Shown here: one piece after another, positions 1 through 10,922 of the stretch
Layout: every line of letters starts with the position of its first letter
Position numbering within the stretch: the stretch's first letter is position 1
Source: Barthelona sp. PCE
Lineage: Eukaryota
Assembly (NCBI GenBank): GCA_040285745.1
Contig: JAUFOR010000001.1
Location: forward strand, 930,001-994,000
DNA: 64,000 nucleotides
Direction of reading: 5' to 3'
Notes under the pieces: model-generated
Seen by the model: only the letters and a program-made list of their open reading frames with translations
Database searches by the model: none
Told to the model about the DNA's origin: nothing
Program-made: the position numbers and the translations under genes

Positions 1-43
1 TTATAATCGACTGAATAAACATACACTTAAGTTATTTTTTTTT

Positions 44-1330
44 TCAATCTTTTCTTGGCGACCAACGCACATTAAACTCCGGCAAACGCACACTCTGTGT
101 GTTATTGTTGTGGAACTGCGTCTGCTCATCCTTATCATTGTCATCTTCCATTGTTGTAATAAGGGGGTTAACCTTCAACGACTCAAGGTACTGTTGCTTC
201 AAAGGCATATCATCTACAACGCCAAAAAGCGACAGCATGTTTGACTGCCTAATGCGGGGGAACTCGGGGAGACGCACAGTCTTTATGGAAGGCGGCTGCA
301 ATTTAACATTGCGTTTTAAAAAAGATGGGGTTACCGCTTCTTCATCAGAATCATGAATTGCTCTTAATGGTGTGACCGACTCCTGTGGAGCTTTTGAAGT
401 GGGTTTGCTCACAACTGCGGGCGTACTCTCAATGATTGCATCACGGTTCCAATCGTAAAGAAGCCCAAATTTTGATATCTTATCAACAACAACCCCCAGC
501 TGACGAGCCCTCTGAAGGAACTTCTTTCGCTGTGGGTGCTGCATGTCATCGTCTGAACAGCATTGAACCATTTTTGAGACACCATCCTTATGAAACCTGA
601 ACGTGATCGATCCATACACAGCGAGAGCGTACAGAGACATCAGAATCCTGCGCAAGCTACTGATTCCCACGCCAATAAGGGCCACCGACCCTGATGTATC
701 GTCTATCCGCTCCGGAAACGGGTCTTTTATGAAAAGAGCCGATAGTTGAATGTCCATGACACAGTTCGTCAACACCGAGAGAATAATCCAGCTCAAGGTG
801 ATACGTGGAACTGTCTGTGGGACACCCTTTGCGTGGTTTATCAGTGCAAACTGTCTGCCTTCATCCCCACTTTGGTTCGGTGAAACAAGAATACCTCCCA
901 CGTTCTCTATAAGGGTTCTCCATCCGACAGGGAATGAGGAGTCCGCATAGAACACGCATTCCTTAAATAGATCTTCCCTGACCTGCATGGATCTAGATAA
1001 AAAGAGTGAATTGAAGTAGGAAAAGGAGAATGGCGTCTTAAGGTAACTGAATGAGTGTGCCACGGCAATTATATTGCCAGTGATGGTTTTGATATCACCT
1101 GTTTCATTATACTTGTGTAAAAAATCAATACTAACAAACTTATCACATTCTGAACCACTCTGAAGGTAACAATCAAGAGAATTCCCTATGTATACACCTC
1201 TGCTTCGCCCAAAATCATTAATATTAATTCCAACACGAACAACCCTAAAAAAATCACGCAATGTTGATGTGTGTGCATAGATGTCATTCGGACACTGAAA
1301 GAACATCAATGTGCGATTATCTGAAGACAT
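44..1330 (-). CDS. Hypothetical protein, probably with BRCT-like repeats
   Basis: 428-aa ORF; segments 'WRTLIENVGG...ITLSWIILSV' and 'VALIGVG...RARQLGVVVD' have BRCT-like spacing; low-complexity C-terminus. Confidence 0.45.
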   Translation of the reverse strand: MSSDNRTLMFFQCPNDIYAHTSTLRDFFRVVRVGININDFGRSRGVYIGNSLDCYLQSGSECDKFVSIDFLHKYNETGDIKTITGNIIAVAHSFSYLKTPFSFSYFNSLFLSRSMQVREDLFKECVFYADSSFPVGWRTLIENVGGILVSPNQSGDEGRQFALINHAKGVPQTVPRITLSWIILSVLTNCVMDIQLSALFIKDPFPERIDDTSGSVALIGVGISSLRRILMSLYALAVYGSITFRFHKDGVSKMVQCCSDDDMQHPQRKKFLQRARQLGVVVDKISKFGLLYDWNRDAIIESTPAVVSKPTSKAPQESVTPLRAIHDSDEEAVTPSFLKRNVKLQPPSIKTVRLPEFPRIRQSNMLSLFGVVDDMPLKQQYLESLKVNPLITTMEDDNDKDEQTQFHNNNTQSVRLPEFNVRWSPRKD

Positions 1331-1892
1331 TAAAGTACCTGAAAAAATGAAATGGTTGATAACGTTGAATGCAAGATAAAAATCTGTAATTTTCGTTTTC
1401 GCTTCAAAAAGTTTTGATTTTGTTTTGTTAAACCCATAATTTCTTCATCAATCGATGATAAATGCAATACATAACGAGTAACAAAAAAATCCATTCATAA
1501 GCTTGTTCAAGCTCTTTATCTTTTCTAATGAGGTGACATGTGGGTTTGATTGCGCTAAAACAGATAAGTAATAAGAAAAATCGAGAGTTCCAAAAAAACC
1601 TATGAATAACGCTACAGAGAAGTAATAGCTCTTCTTTATCTGCCGACAATGCAATAATATGCAACTTAATGCACGGTATTCCAAAGTAAAGGCATTTAAA
1701 ACTAGAGGTACCACAACCGGCTTAACAGCAAATCAGACTTAATTTTCTGATCTCAAAGTTATTATCCCCCAATACCATTTTTTCTTCAGTTCCCATGTGA
1801 TTCAGGAACCTTACAAAGCAGAACTCTTTGAGAATTCTGCTGTACAACTGTTATATTCATTATCTCTTATTCCTAAGTCACATTGGGTCAAA

Positions 1893-2612
1893 ATGTCTTT
1901 GAATATGGGTCCACTCGACTCTTTGGTAGAAAATTACCTTAGTTGTCGTGCACCTGATGCGGTAACTGCTTTCCAAAAAGCAACAAAGCATAACATCTCA
2001 ATGTCTGCACCCCCAGGTATCTTTCAGATCCTCCATCAGTATGAACAGGTTAAGAAGCAATTAGAGACGGTTTTATTACAATTGCAAAAACAACAACAAC
2101 CTCAACAGGCACCACAATACCAAATCGGATATTATAACGGCAATCCTGTGATGCTGCCGGTACAAGGAGGAAACTATGTTTATTCTGTACCCACATCAAC
2201 TGGTTCACAACAACAATACATTGTACCAGGACAACCCCAACAGCAACAACACATTATTAACCAACCGCAAGAACACCACACCCTCCCACACAATACGCAA
2301 CAGCAGCCCATGATTGCCAATACAATGATACAGCCTACCGTGTACAGCAATGGTCATCCTTCAAGCAGTGAAGGCAGACATTATCGTAGTCGTAGCTCTT
2401 CTCACTACGAATCTGGGCATAAGATTGCACCTCCGTTGATAGTGAAGCCATCGCCACCGCATACAGCCCCAACACCTCCTGTTAAAGTGCAAGCTTTTGA
2501 GAACAACGTGGCACAAGGACAATACAATATAAGCCCTCTCAAAGAGGAAAAAACTAGAGAGGTTAGCTCGACAGAACGTGCACAATCAATGGCATTTGAG
2601 TTTTTCTCATAG
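1893..2612 (+). CDS. LisH-like N-terminal motif protein with Gln/Pro-rich tail
   Basis: First ATG at 1893; 'LDSLVENYLSCRAPDAVTAFQKAT' resembles a LisH motif; followed by Q/P/H-rich disordered region. Confidence 0.5.
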   Translation: MSLNMGPLDSLVENYLSCRAPDAVTAFQKATKHNISMSAPPGIFQILHQYEQVKKQLETVLLQLQKQQQPQQAPQYQIGYYNGNPVMLPVQGGNYVYSVPTSTGSQQQYIVPGQPQQQQHIINQPQEHHTLPHNTQQQPMIANTMIQPTVYSNGHPSSSEGRHYRSRSSSHYESGHKIAPPLIVKPSPPHTAPTPPVKVQAFENNVAQGQYNISPLKEEKTREVSSTERAQSMAFEFFS

Positions 2613-3230
2613 TCTTGGTACAAAAAATTAGTTTTTTGCGTTTTTTTTTTGTACTTTTCTGTTAATAAAAACAACATATGATAACAAAATGAATTGCCAT
2701 TCTTTCTGAATAATAATATTGATGTTTATTGATGTTAATTTCGCAATTGATGTATGTAAAGTTTAATACTAATTATGATGCTAATCATATCCCACTCAAT
2801 TAAAGCGAACATAACTATGTTGCTTAAAGCAATAAAACCAATAAAATCCCGATAAACACAAAATTAGGTCCAAAAAAAAAAAATGTCTTTGAAATAGTAC
2901 ATTTTCATTCATTATCTTCAATAAATCTTCTTAATTTAAGTGAATAAATCCTTTAATAACACTTTAAAAACTTTTTAAACAAAGAAAAGGTAAATAAAAA
3001 TTTTTACAACTAGTTCAACAACACAATCAATATGTCTAGCATCTTTTTAATTTTATCACACAATTTTCAGATAGCTGAAAGTATTCAAATCTACATACAA
3101 CGGTAATAAAACAAAATAAAATAAAACCCCAAATTTTGCTCAATCAATATATTTAATTCCTTTTTCAGATATATTATGGTAAAATATTGGTGTATTATGG
3201 ATATAAAAAAGCAATAAAAAAAAATTTTCA

Positions 3231-3302
3231 TGACGACGGCAGGGATCGAACCTGCGACCAGCGGATTCGAAGTCCGATGCGCTTCCACTGCGCCACGCCG
3301 CC
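3231..3302 (-). tRNA. tRNA-Arg (anticodon TCG)
   Basis: Minus strand folds as a cloverleaf: GGCGGCG/CGTCGTC acceptor, GCGC D-stem, CT-TCG-AA loop, GCAGG-TTCGATC-CCTGC T-arm, discriminator A; T-run downstream (Pol III terminator). Confidence 0.95.
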
Positions 3303-3655
3303 ATAGTGTATACCAGATATTTTGCAATCAAAATATTTTGACAAAATCTCAGATACACATTCAAATCCAATCAAAAAATATTAAAGATTCTTCATACTTC
3401 TTATTTAGTTATTTTAAATAACCTTTTTATTTGATTAAAAGTGGGTTTATGAGAAAAATTAAGTTTTTATCGTTAAATTTTAAATATATAATTAAATTAT
3501 TTTTTTATGGATACTGAATATATATAGGTATTTTTTGAAACCTAAAAACTTATAAAATAAATTTATTAATGAAAATTTGAAAATAGAATATTAAATTTGT
3601 TACAACAACAAAAATAAAATTTTGAGAAAAAGCCAGTAGAATAAATTTAAATTTG

Positions 3656-5167
3656 TTATGAATAATAACCTTCACTGTCAGTATAGTTATCGTCAAAACC
3701 CCAATCATCAGAATCCGGATCGCTGCTCTCATCAGGATCACTAATCTCTTCATCATAATCAACGGACTCTTTTCCGACTTCTGCGTATTCTTCTTGAAGA
3801 ATAGAGAGATTTTCACGAGCGTTAAGGAATTCTGCCTCCATATCTTCAGTACCATACCAATGTAAAAATTCTTTTTTGGAAAGCAACACTTCTGCTGCTT
3901 GATCAATGCGGTTGAAGACTTCTGCTATGGCTGTAGAGCTGGATATCATACATACAGAGCGATTTGTGTTGGAAAACATACTGTTTGGCATAGCAATAGG
4001 GTATTTATCATTATGCATTTCAGTTCTTAAGATCTGAGGACACCAGTCAACGAATTGAATAGAGTCAGAAAAGTCAGAAAGAGGAGGTACGCCTTGTAAA
4101 ACATCACCACGGTACATTAGACAGATAGAAAGGTATTTTCCCATTCGAGGATCGCACTTTGCTAAAGCTGAAGATGAGTCAAATACTGCCTTAGTTAATT
4201 CGGCTACAGACAAGTCATTGTTGAGGGCATTACTTTTAGAGATTGGAGCATAAGAAGGAAGCATGAAGTGAAGTCTAGGGTAGGCAATCAAACTCATTTC
4301 AAAACTCGAGATTGTGTTGTTGAGTGTGCCACCGTAACGCATGGATGCAGTCATAGAAGAAACATACTGACTAATCACATGGTTAAGATTAGAAATGTCG
4401 GGGTTCATAATATCAAAATTTGTTTGACAAATATCATAAATAGCATCATTATCCAGTGCAACAGAAACATTAACATGTTCAAGGAGCGTGGATGCTGTTA
4501 ATATTGCATTATACGGTTCTACAGTAGAAGCAGCATTTTTTTCAGAAGGAAAAATGGGAATAGCCATTGTGCTTTTTTTTTCGAAACTTTCTGAAAGTTT
4601 CTCGACAAGAAGAGAACCAACACCAGAACCAGTGCCACCTCCAAGAGCACTGTAAACCATGAAACCTTCTAATGAATGACACTGATCGGCGAGTTTGCGA
4701 ATCTGTTGAAGACAGTTATCGATTATTTCATCACTTAATGCACGGCTGCGGGCGTAAGAAGCGGTAGGGTCCACCACATTGCCAGATATCAATTGATCAT
4801 TGTGAAAGAGATGACGACTGGGATTACACCTTAATATATCAATCGTTTCTGGGTCTAGATCGATAAAGACAGCGCGGGGGTTGTGTTTGCCGTCAGGACT
4901 ACTTGAGAAGTGACTGCTCAATGCTTCGTAATCAGTATTATCCTTTTTATCAGGATGCATATATCCATCCTGTTGAATGCCGTGTTCAAGACAAAATAGA
5001 TCCCAACAGGCAGTTCCCGTCCGCTAAATGTGAGTATTAACAACGAAATAAGCCACATTAAGCGACTAGAATACTAAATTACAACAAAATAGTTTTAATG
5101 TCGGTTAAAATTGTTTTAAACATACAACACCTGCCCCTCCAATATGTATAGAAATGAGTTCGCTCAT
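3656..5167 (-). CDS. Divergent alpha-tubulin (exons 5167-5126 and 5023-3656; intron 5125-5024)
   Basis: Spliced N-terminus [56 protein letters not shown] motifs; GTATGT...CTCACATTTAG intron after codon 14, same position as in the canonical copies. Confidence 0.9.
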
Positions 5168-5738
5168 TAAATTAAGGTAAAATGGTAAACTATAGCAAAA
5201 AGAGTGTGAAATTTGAAAACATAATCTAAACTCCTTATTATGGTTTCTTCATGGACATTTCAATAAATCCCCTTTCGTAACATACTTTAAAGCGTATTAT
5301 CTCGAAATTTTTTGTATTGCTTTTTTGAGCGTTATAATTAAGCAAAAAGTACATTCACTAGCGTAAATTGGTAAAGGTAAGGCTGAGGAAAAGACTTCGT
5401 AACCTAGTAAGCAATTGAAAACTCAATAAATATTTCTCAAAAAGAAATGCATTTAATATCGAGATATTAAGATTTAAAGCATTTCATTGAACGATAATAT
5501 TGAATATTATCCTATTCAAGCTATTTAAATGTGAGTAAATTGCGTTTGCAATCTTGCAGCTTTTTTTTTTTCTGAATCTCATATTTTTAAAGGTTGAACT
5601 AGGTGAAAATATGACCTGGAGGCACCAGAAATATGGGTAATTTATGAAATACAAGATATTCATTTTTGTTGTCAAGGGGGTTGTTAGCTGATATATCATA
5701 GTTAAACTCATTTAGTACTCCACTACATAACAACAACA

Positions 5739-6200
5739 ATGTCCGAAAGAACCAAGCCCGTCAGCCGTTCCGTTAGAGCCGGTGTTTCACTCTCTGTTGG
5801 TCGTATCCACAGATACCTTAAGCAGGGTAAGTACGCCGACCGTATTGGTGCCGGTGCTCCCGTCTACCTCGCCGCCGTCCTCGATTACTTGATCGCTGAG
5901 GTCCTCGATGCCGCTGGTACCATCACCATGGAGAAGAACCGTCAACGTATCACTCCCCGTCACTTGCTTCTCGGTATGAAGTCCGATACTGAGCTCGCTC
6001 AGCTCATCAGCAACGTCACCTTCCCTTCTGCAGGTGTTGTTCCTTTCATCCACCCCGAGCTCCTCCCCAAGAAGGGCACTCGTCGTACTCGTTCCGCCAA
6101 GGGCAAGGGTAAGGCCGCCGCTAAGGCTAAGGGTGTTGCCGCCAAGGGTAAGGGCAAGGCCAAGGCCAAGGGTAAGGCTAAGGCTTCCCAGGCTTACTAA
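5739..6200 (+). CDS. H2A: Histone H2A, H2A.X-like (C-terminal SQAY) with long Lys/Ala tail
   Basis: SRSVRAG, VGRIHRYLK, GAGAPVYLAAVLDYL, RITPRHL, GVVPFIHPELLPKK histone-fold motifs. Confidence 0.95.
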   Translation: MSERTKPVSRSVRAGVSLSVGRIHRYLKQGKYADRIGAGAPVYLAAVLDYLIAEVLDAAGTITMEKNRQRITPRHLLLGMKSDTELAQLISNVTFPSAGVVPFIHPELLPKKGTRRTRSAKGKGKAAAKAKGVAAKGKGKAKAKGKAKASQAY

Positions 6201-6273
6201 GCTTACTAAGCTTATCGCTCGAGGTAACTCTCACAAAAAATCATATAATCAAAAAAAAAAAACATTCAAAACA

Positions 6274-6289
6274 GGTGTTTATAAACACC
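6274..6289 (+). promoter_or_regulatory. Putative histone 3' UTR stem-loop
   Basis: GGTGTT-TATA-AACACC: 6-bp stem starting GG, 4-nt loop, A-rich 5' flank, about 75 nt after the H2A stop. Confidence 0.6.
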
Positions 6290-6607
6290 AATTAATCTTA
6301 ATTTCATGTATTTTCTAATGTAAATGTGTTCACGTACCCTTTTGTGCGTGAATCGCTATTCTTTAAGTGCAGGTCTGAATGTATCGATGTGGTGATGGAC
6401 CGTATGATGTAGGTGTCTTGCACCGGGTTCTCGGTGGCACAGACAATGTAGTTATGGACGGGACGTGATCGTTAGCGAAATTTTCAATCTGTGTCGTTCC
6501 AATGTTTGCAGAGTTATTTCAAATACCCACTGGCCTTGAATGAGCTCAGTGCTAGCCTTTTACAGGTTGAATATTTCGTTAAACTTTATATCACCTTTTT
6601 ACCAAAA

Positions 6608-7270
6608 ATGGGTTTATTTGGAAGAAAAAGAGCACCAGAACCAACTAATGAGCGTCCAGCTGATCCTTTACGCGAGCAGGCCAAAGAATGGCGCAAGAGT
6701 GTCAGAAAGGAGGCAAGAGGATTAGATAGAGAAATTAGGAATATCGATAGAGCTACATTGAAGGTCAAAGCTGAGATAAAACGCCTCGTCAGAGATGGAG
6801 ACGTTGACAGCGCTAAAATGCTAGCCAAAGAAGTTGCTAGATCCAACAAAGCAGTCGCTCGTTTTTATACAATGAAGGCAAACCTCTCTGTAATGGAGCG
6901 TAAGATCGGTGAGATGTGCTCTCAGCGTACTCTTATGCAAGCAATGGGTAATTCTGCCCAAATCATGGCACAGGTAAATTCTATGGTGAAGGTTCCCGAG
7001 TTGCAACGCACAATGATGACCATGAGCCGCGAAATGGAGCGCGCTGGCTTAGCACAGGAGATGATGGACGATGCAGTCGAGGATATCATTGATATTGAGG
7101 ATATTTCTGATGAAGCCGATGCTGAAATCGATGCCGTAATGGATGATATCGTTACAGAACTAGCAAAGACGGACCCAGTAATCCGTAGAAGGCTGGAAGA
7201 AAGCGCAAAGGAGGAGGTTGTCGATGTTGATGCCACTTCAGCAGCTCGTCTTGCAGCTCTTGGTTTATAA
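6608..7270 (+). CDS. VPS24: ESCRT-III subunit VPS24/CHMP3
   Basis: MGLFG start, 'EWRKSVRKEARGLDREIRNI', 'VNSMVKVPELQRTM...EMERAG', C-terminal MIM1-like 'ARLAALGL'. Confidence 0.9.
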   Translation: MGLFGRKRAPEPTNERPADPLREQAKEWRKSVRKEARGLDREIRNIDRATLKVKAEIKRLVRDGDVDSAKMLAKEVARSNKAVARFYTMKANLSVMERKIGEMCSQRTLMQAMGNSAQIMAQVNSMVKVPELQRTMMTMSREMERAGLAQEMMDDAVEDIIDIEDISDEADAEIDAVMDDIVTELAKTDPVIRRRLEESAKEEVVDVDATSAARLAALGL

Positions 7271-7304
7271 CCGTGTAAATAGAAACTATTAAGCGTTTTC
7301 AACT

Positions 7305-10300
7305 TTACATAGGGTTGTGGCACATGGGACAAGTACTAACAGCGCCCCTCAGTGATTCATGGATGTGATGGCTGCATCGCTTACATTTGTGAGTTTTTGC
7401 ATCAAACAGTGGAAGACCGCTTGCTACGCACAAGTTGAACGAAGTCTGACAGTGCTCGCATTCATGCGACAGTATATCGATCTCCTGAACGCACTTCGGG
7501 CAAGTGATCGTTTGTGATTTGGGATTTTTGGCCTGCTTGCGGCTAAACACTTGAATACCAACGTCCCTGTACACCTTCTTCATTTTTTCAGGGATTTTTT
7601 CGATTCCTTCCAGTTGGATGAGTGCTTCTGCAGCATAGCGCAGGTAACCACTGTACAAGGCACTGATAAACATTAGTGAATACACGTTTGCCTTGTAATA
7701 GTCAGGAATACTGTACTTTGTAACAATTCGTATCATACAGCTCAGAGCGTGGGGGTATTGTTCACTCATGACATGTCTGTGGGCGAGTAGGAGCAAGTGT
7801 GTGAGCTCGATTCTGTTCCAGAGAACTGTTACAGTCTCGTTGAGAGTATCGTCTTCATCAAACATGTTGTCGACTGTGAGGTTGCCAAATGAATTTGTTT
7901 TCATCACCTCGAGCCGAAGAACGGCGACAATGAGCAATTTCTTGATCTCAACGTTATTCAATAGGTGTAAATGGTTATCAACTGTTGTCATAATAAGTTT
8001 GGCAAGACGCAAATCATCTCCTGCTATCTTCGAAAGAGTGATACACTCGCGGATCTTGCCGCTTCTGATTAAGTGATCGGCAAGCTTCTCTCTGAGTAAA
8101 GATACGTTAGTTAGGCGTGTGTCGTCCTTGTACCTGTTGTACAGCTTCATTGCAAGACCCCATTGTGCGTGCTCCACGCATAAATCAACAGCCATGTTAT
8201 ACAACTCGAGTTCGATTAGGCAATCGACGGCATGTGAGATCTGGCCACTGATGAGGAACTTCTCACTAAGGTACTGGATTGTTGAGCTTGTTTTTGTCTC
8301 GAAGACAACGGGTTTGAGTTCAACCATCTTTTCAAACCTGTTCAAATAGAAGTAAGAGTCGATTAGGATGCGATATTCGGTTGAATTCTCAAGAAACTCA
8401 ACCGCCTGGGAGTACTTGCTCTTCTCAAAAAAGTACTTACCCAGGAACTCGTTGAGTTGTTGGCTCTCGAAGTTTGCCACATCAATCGCGTCCCTGCTGC
8501 TCTCGATGATCTCGTACATCCTTGAGTAATCTCCCAGCTGCTGCCTCAGTGAAAGCGCAAGATCCAATCTATCGTTGGTGAGGTACAGGCGCTCTGCAAT
8601 GTCAAAGTCACCCAAAAACGTGTATATCTTCGCCTGCAGCCTGTAATTATCCTTGATCTTATGGATAGACTTTACGAACTGTATTGATGGGTAGTCGCTG
8701 CACCTGATGAACGCCTTTAGCGCAATGTCCAAGTTCTCAACGCTAAGTGCATAACGGCCAAGCATCCTCCACAGTCTGTCGTGTGGGTTGTCATTAATGA
8801 ACTGGAACGCGTCCTTGAGTGATACCTCGTCTAACAAATGACGTGCGTCCCTTAAAGAGCGGCTTTCGATGTTGCCAAGGAGCTCGAGCGCCGGTTCGCT
8901 AGGTTTGATAAATAGTTTGTGAATTGCAATCGTTTTAACAGTAAGCTCCTCGAAGCTCAGCAGGTGATCAATAGTTTCGATTGGCTCCTCACTGCGCAGA
9001 TCCCTAATTATGTAGACGCATGACTTTTCCGTCGACGCAAACAAGTGGGGATCGTCCTTTGACCACAGCACGTTGTGCACATCCTTACGGGTAAGGTTGA
9101 GCTGGTTGACTGCAAGAGATGTGCCGACGGTGTCACCAGACTCCACGGAGTACACGAACAACATGAATCTTGTGGTGATCAACGCCAATCGAGAACCGTC
9201 GCAGTTGGCTTTTAGCGAGTATACATTCTTCCCGCTATCCAGCAAATTAATGCGGCTCTCCAGGATGTTGTGCTTGAATGAATAGAACAGAAAGACACCA
9301 CTCGCCAAGACGAGTATGGCATGCGTTTTTGTTACACACCCGTTCACGATTGGATCCTTTGTATGAGCTTGTAGAAGGTCCTCAGTGTTTGCACTGGAGA
9401 TTCCGCAGCTATCGTTGATATCTACCCAGAGTCTTGTTTTTTCCTCAAAAACAGACGCTTCGTCTTGGTCCTCGATCGTCTCGAAGCTCTTGCTCATCTC
9501 AATGTTGAACTTCCACACCAGTGCGGTGTTCTTAAAGCCCAGTAGTGCGTTATTGGCATCTGCAGAGACAAATAACGGCTTCTCGGAGATGTCAATACTG
9601 CACAGCGGAACACCAATGTTGTTGCACAGGCTCAGGAGGTACTCCGGTTTCTTGGCAGTAACGTTAACATCCACATCGTTGATTTCGACGTTGTCATCCT
9701 CAAACGCAATCGAGACATTGGGGAGCTGATTCTCTCCGCCATAAGCTTTGGTAATCACAGAATCTTTCTCGCTGAGCAGCAAAGCATATGATCCGGCGCT
9801 GTTCAGGAACTCGAGGTTACGATAGTACTTAACATTCTTCTCATCCGTCATTGTGTTCCAGAAAACAACAACGTACTCCCATTTGTTCCTTGCACTGAAC
9901 GAGTAACATAAAGTCGCGTTATTCATAGCGCAGCAGAGAGTATCGACAACAACACCTGCGAAAAAGACATGGTCGTTGACAGAATAGGCGAGACGGTGTC
10001 CGCCCGGTGAGAAAGTTATTGCTGATACAGGGTCACGGTGATTACGAACGTTGAAGATGATTTCACCCTGCTTGTTTAGGATTGCAACAAAGTGCTCCTC
10101 CGACACGGGGTTCTTCGCCGTAACCGCCAACAACTTTCCGCTAAAGTGAATTGAGCAATCGTTAACGATGAAGTCCAGTTTAGTTACGAACAAATTTGAC
10201 TTCTTCGCCGACGCCCCAAGGCTTTTTGCATCATCAAACACAAACATGTGGCCCTGGTCGTCGAATATGACGAAATGGCTCAGACCATGGTCGGTGTGTA

Positions 10301-10922
10301 AGACTTCAAACACTGTTGGATTTATGGAGCCATCTAGGGACACATCATTAGACGAAGAGATAAAGCTCATGAGCGGCACGCGGAGCACAGGGCTGCCACG
10401 GGGGTCAAGAATGATGAGGACCATATCCACAGTAAGCAGGATGATGCCCTTGCCGTCAGATGTCCAGCGAACAAAGCGTATGAGCTCAGTAAACTGTTTT
10501 TGCCACTGTCTTTTCTGCGGGAGTGCCTCGAGGACGATGGATCCGTCATCGTAGATCATGCAAATGCGGTTACCTAACGGACTCCAACAAGCATCGATGA
10601 GTGTTGCGGAGTTTAAATTGGAGTACTGCATAAACCAGTCGCCCTTTGACACGCCCCATGTTACAACGAGCCCATCGGTATCGGATGTTAGAAGCGTTTG
10701 GCGCTTATTACACCAGGCAAGTGTATCAACGACATCGTTGTGTCCATCCAACGTTACAGTTGATTTCACAAAATCACGGTCGCTGATATTATCCGATATA
10801 TAAAGGATTTTGAGAAGATTATCACCTCCTATAGCAAGGGAGCTGTGAAAGCTGTGCCAGCTCATCGTTGAGATGTGTACGCCGTCAGGCATGCGTACTT
10901 TCTTTGCGAGATACACGTACAT
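7305..10922 (-). CDS. WDR35: WD repeat protein 35 / IFT121 (IFT-A)
   Basis: MYVYLAKKV start, WD40 repeats, 'SRSLRDARHLL...FINDNPHDRLWRML', 'AFIRCSDY', C-terminal Zn ribbons CVASG and CPMCH. Confidence 0.92.
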   Translation of the reverse strand: MYVYLAKKVRMPDGVHISTMSWHSFHSSLAIGGDNLLKILYISDNISDRDFVKSTVTLDGHNDVVDTLAWCNKRQTLLTSDTDGLVVTWGVSKGDWFMQYSNLNSATLIDACWSPLGNRICMIYDDGSIVLEALPQKRQWQKQFTELIRFVRWTSDGKGIILLTVDMVLIILDPRGSPVLRVPLMSFISSSNDVSLDGSINPTVFEVLHTDHGLSHFVIFDDQGHMFVFDDAKSLGASAKKSNLFVTKLDFIVNDCSIHFSGKLLAVTAKNPVSEEHFVAILNKQGEIIFNVRNHRDPVSAITFSPGGHRLAYSVNDHVFFAGVVVDTLCCAMNNATLCYSFSARNKWEYVVVFWNTMTDEKNVKYYRNLEFLNSAGSYALLLSEKDSVITKAYGGENQLPNVSIAFEDDNVEINDVDVNVTAKKPEYLLSLCNNIGVPLCSIDISEKPLFVSADANNALLGFKNTALVWKFNIEMSKSFETIEDQDEASVFEEKTRLWVDINDSCGISSANTEDLLQAHTKDPIVNGCVTKTHAILVLASGVFLFYSFKHNILESRINLLDSGKNVYSLKANCDGSRLALITTRFMLFVYSVESGDTVGTSLAVNQLNLTRKDVHNVLWSKDDPHLFASTEKSCVYIIRDLRSEEPIETIDHLLSFEELTVKTIAIHKLFIKPSEPALELLGNIESRSLRDARHLLDEVSLKDAFQFINDNPHDRLWRMLGRYALSVENLDIALKAFIRCSDYPSIQFVKSIHKIKDNYRLQAKIYTFLGDFDIAERLYLTNDRLDLALSLRQQLGDYSRMYEIIESSRDAIDVANFESQQLNEFLGKYFFEKSKYSQAVEFLENSTEYRILIDSYFYLNRFEKMVELKPVVFETKTSSTIQYLSEKFLISGQISHAVDCLIELELYNMAVDLCVEHAQWGLAMKLYNRYKDDTRLTNVSLLREKLADHLIRSGKIRECITLSKIAGDDLRLAKLIMTTVDNHLHLLNNVEIKKLLIVAVLRLEVMKTNSFGNLTVDNMFDEDDTLNETVTVLWNRIELTHLLLLAHRHVMSEQYPHALSCMIRIVTKYSIPDYYKANVYSLMFISALYSGYLRYAAEALIQLEGIEKIPEKMKKVYRDVGIQVFSRKQAKNPKSQTITCPKCVQEIDILSHECEHCQTSFNLCVASGLPLFDAKTHKCKRCSHHIHESLRGAVSTCPMCHNPM

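Noticed and set aside
1428-1714. Short hydrophobic minus-strand ORFs
   Set aside because: Non-ATG starts in AT-rich DNA and no recognisable family; cannot be supported
2613-3655. Long AT-rich tract around the tRNA as centromere or origin
   Set aside because: No repeat or motif evidence; ordinary tRNA flanks suffice
6350-6410. Resemblance to U2 snRNA 5' end (ATCGCT...AAGTG) or, on the minus strand, to the 5S rRNA start
   Set aside because: GTAGTA branch-pairing sequence and 5S internal boxes are absent; kept only as an unclassified RNA candidate
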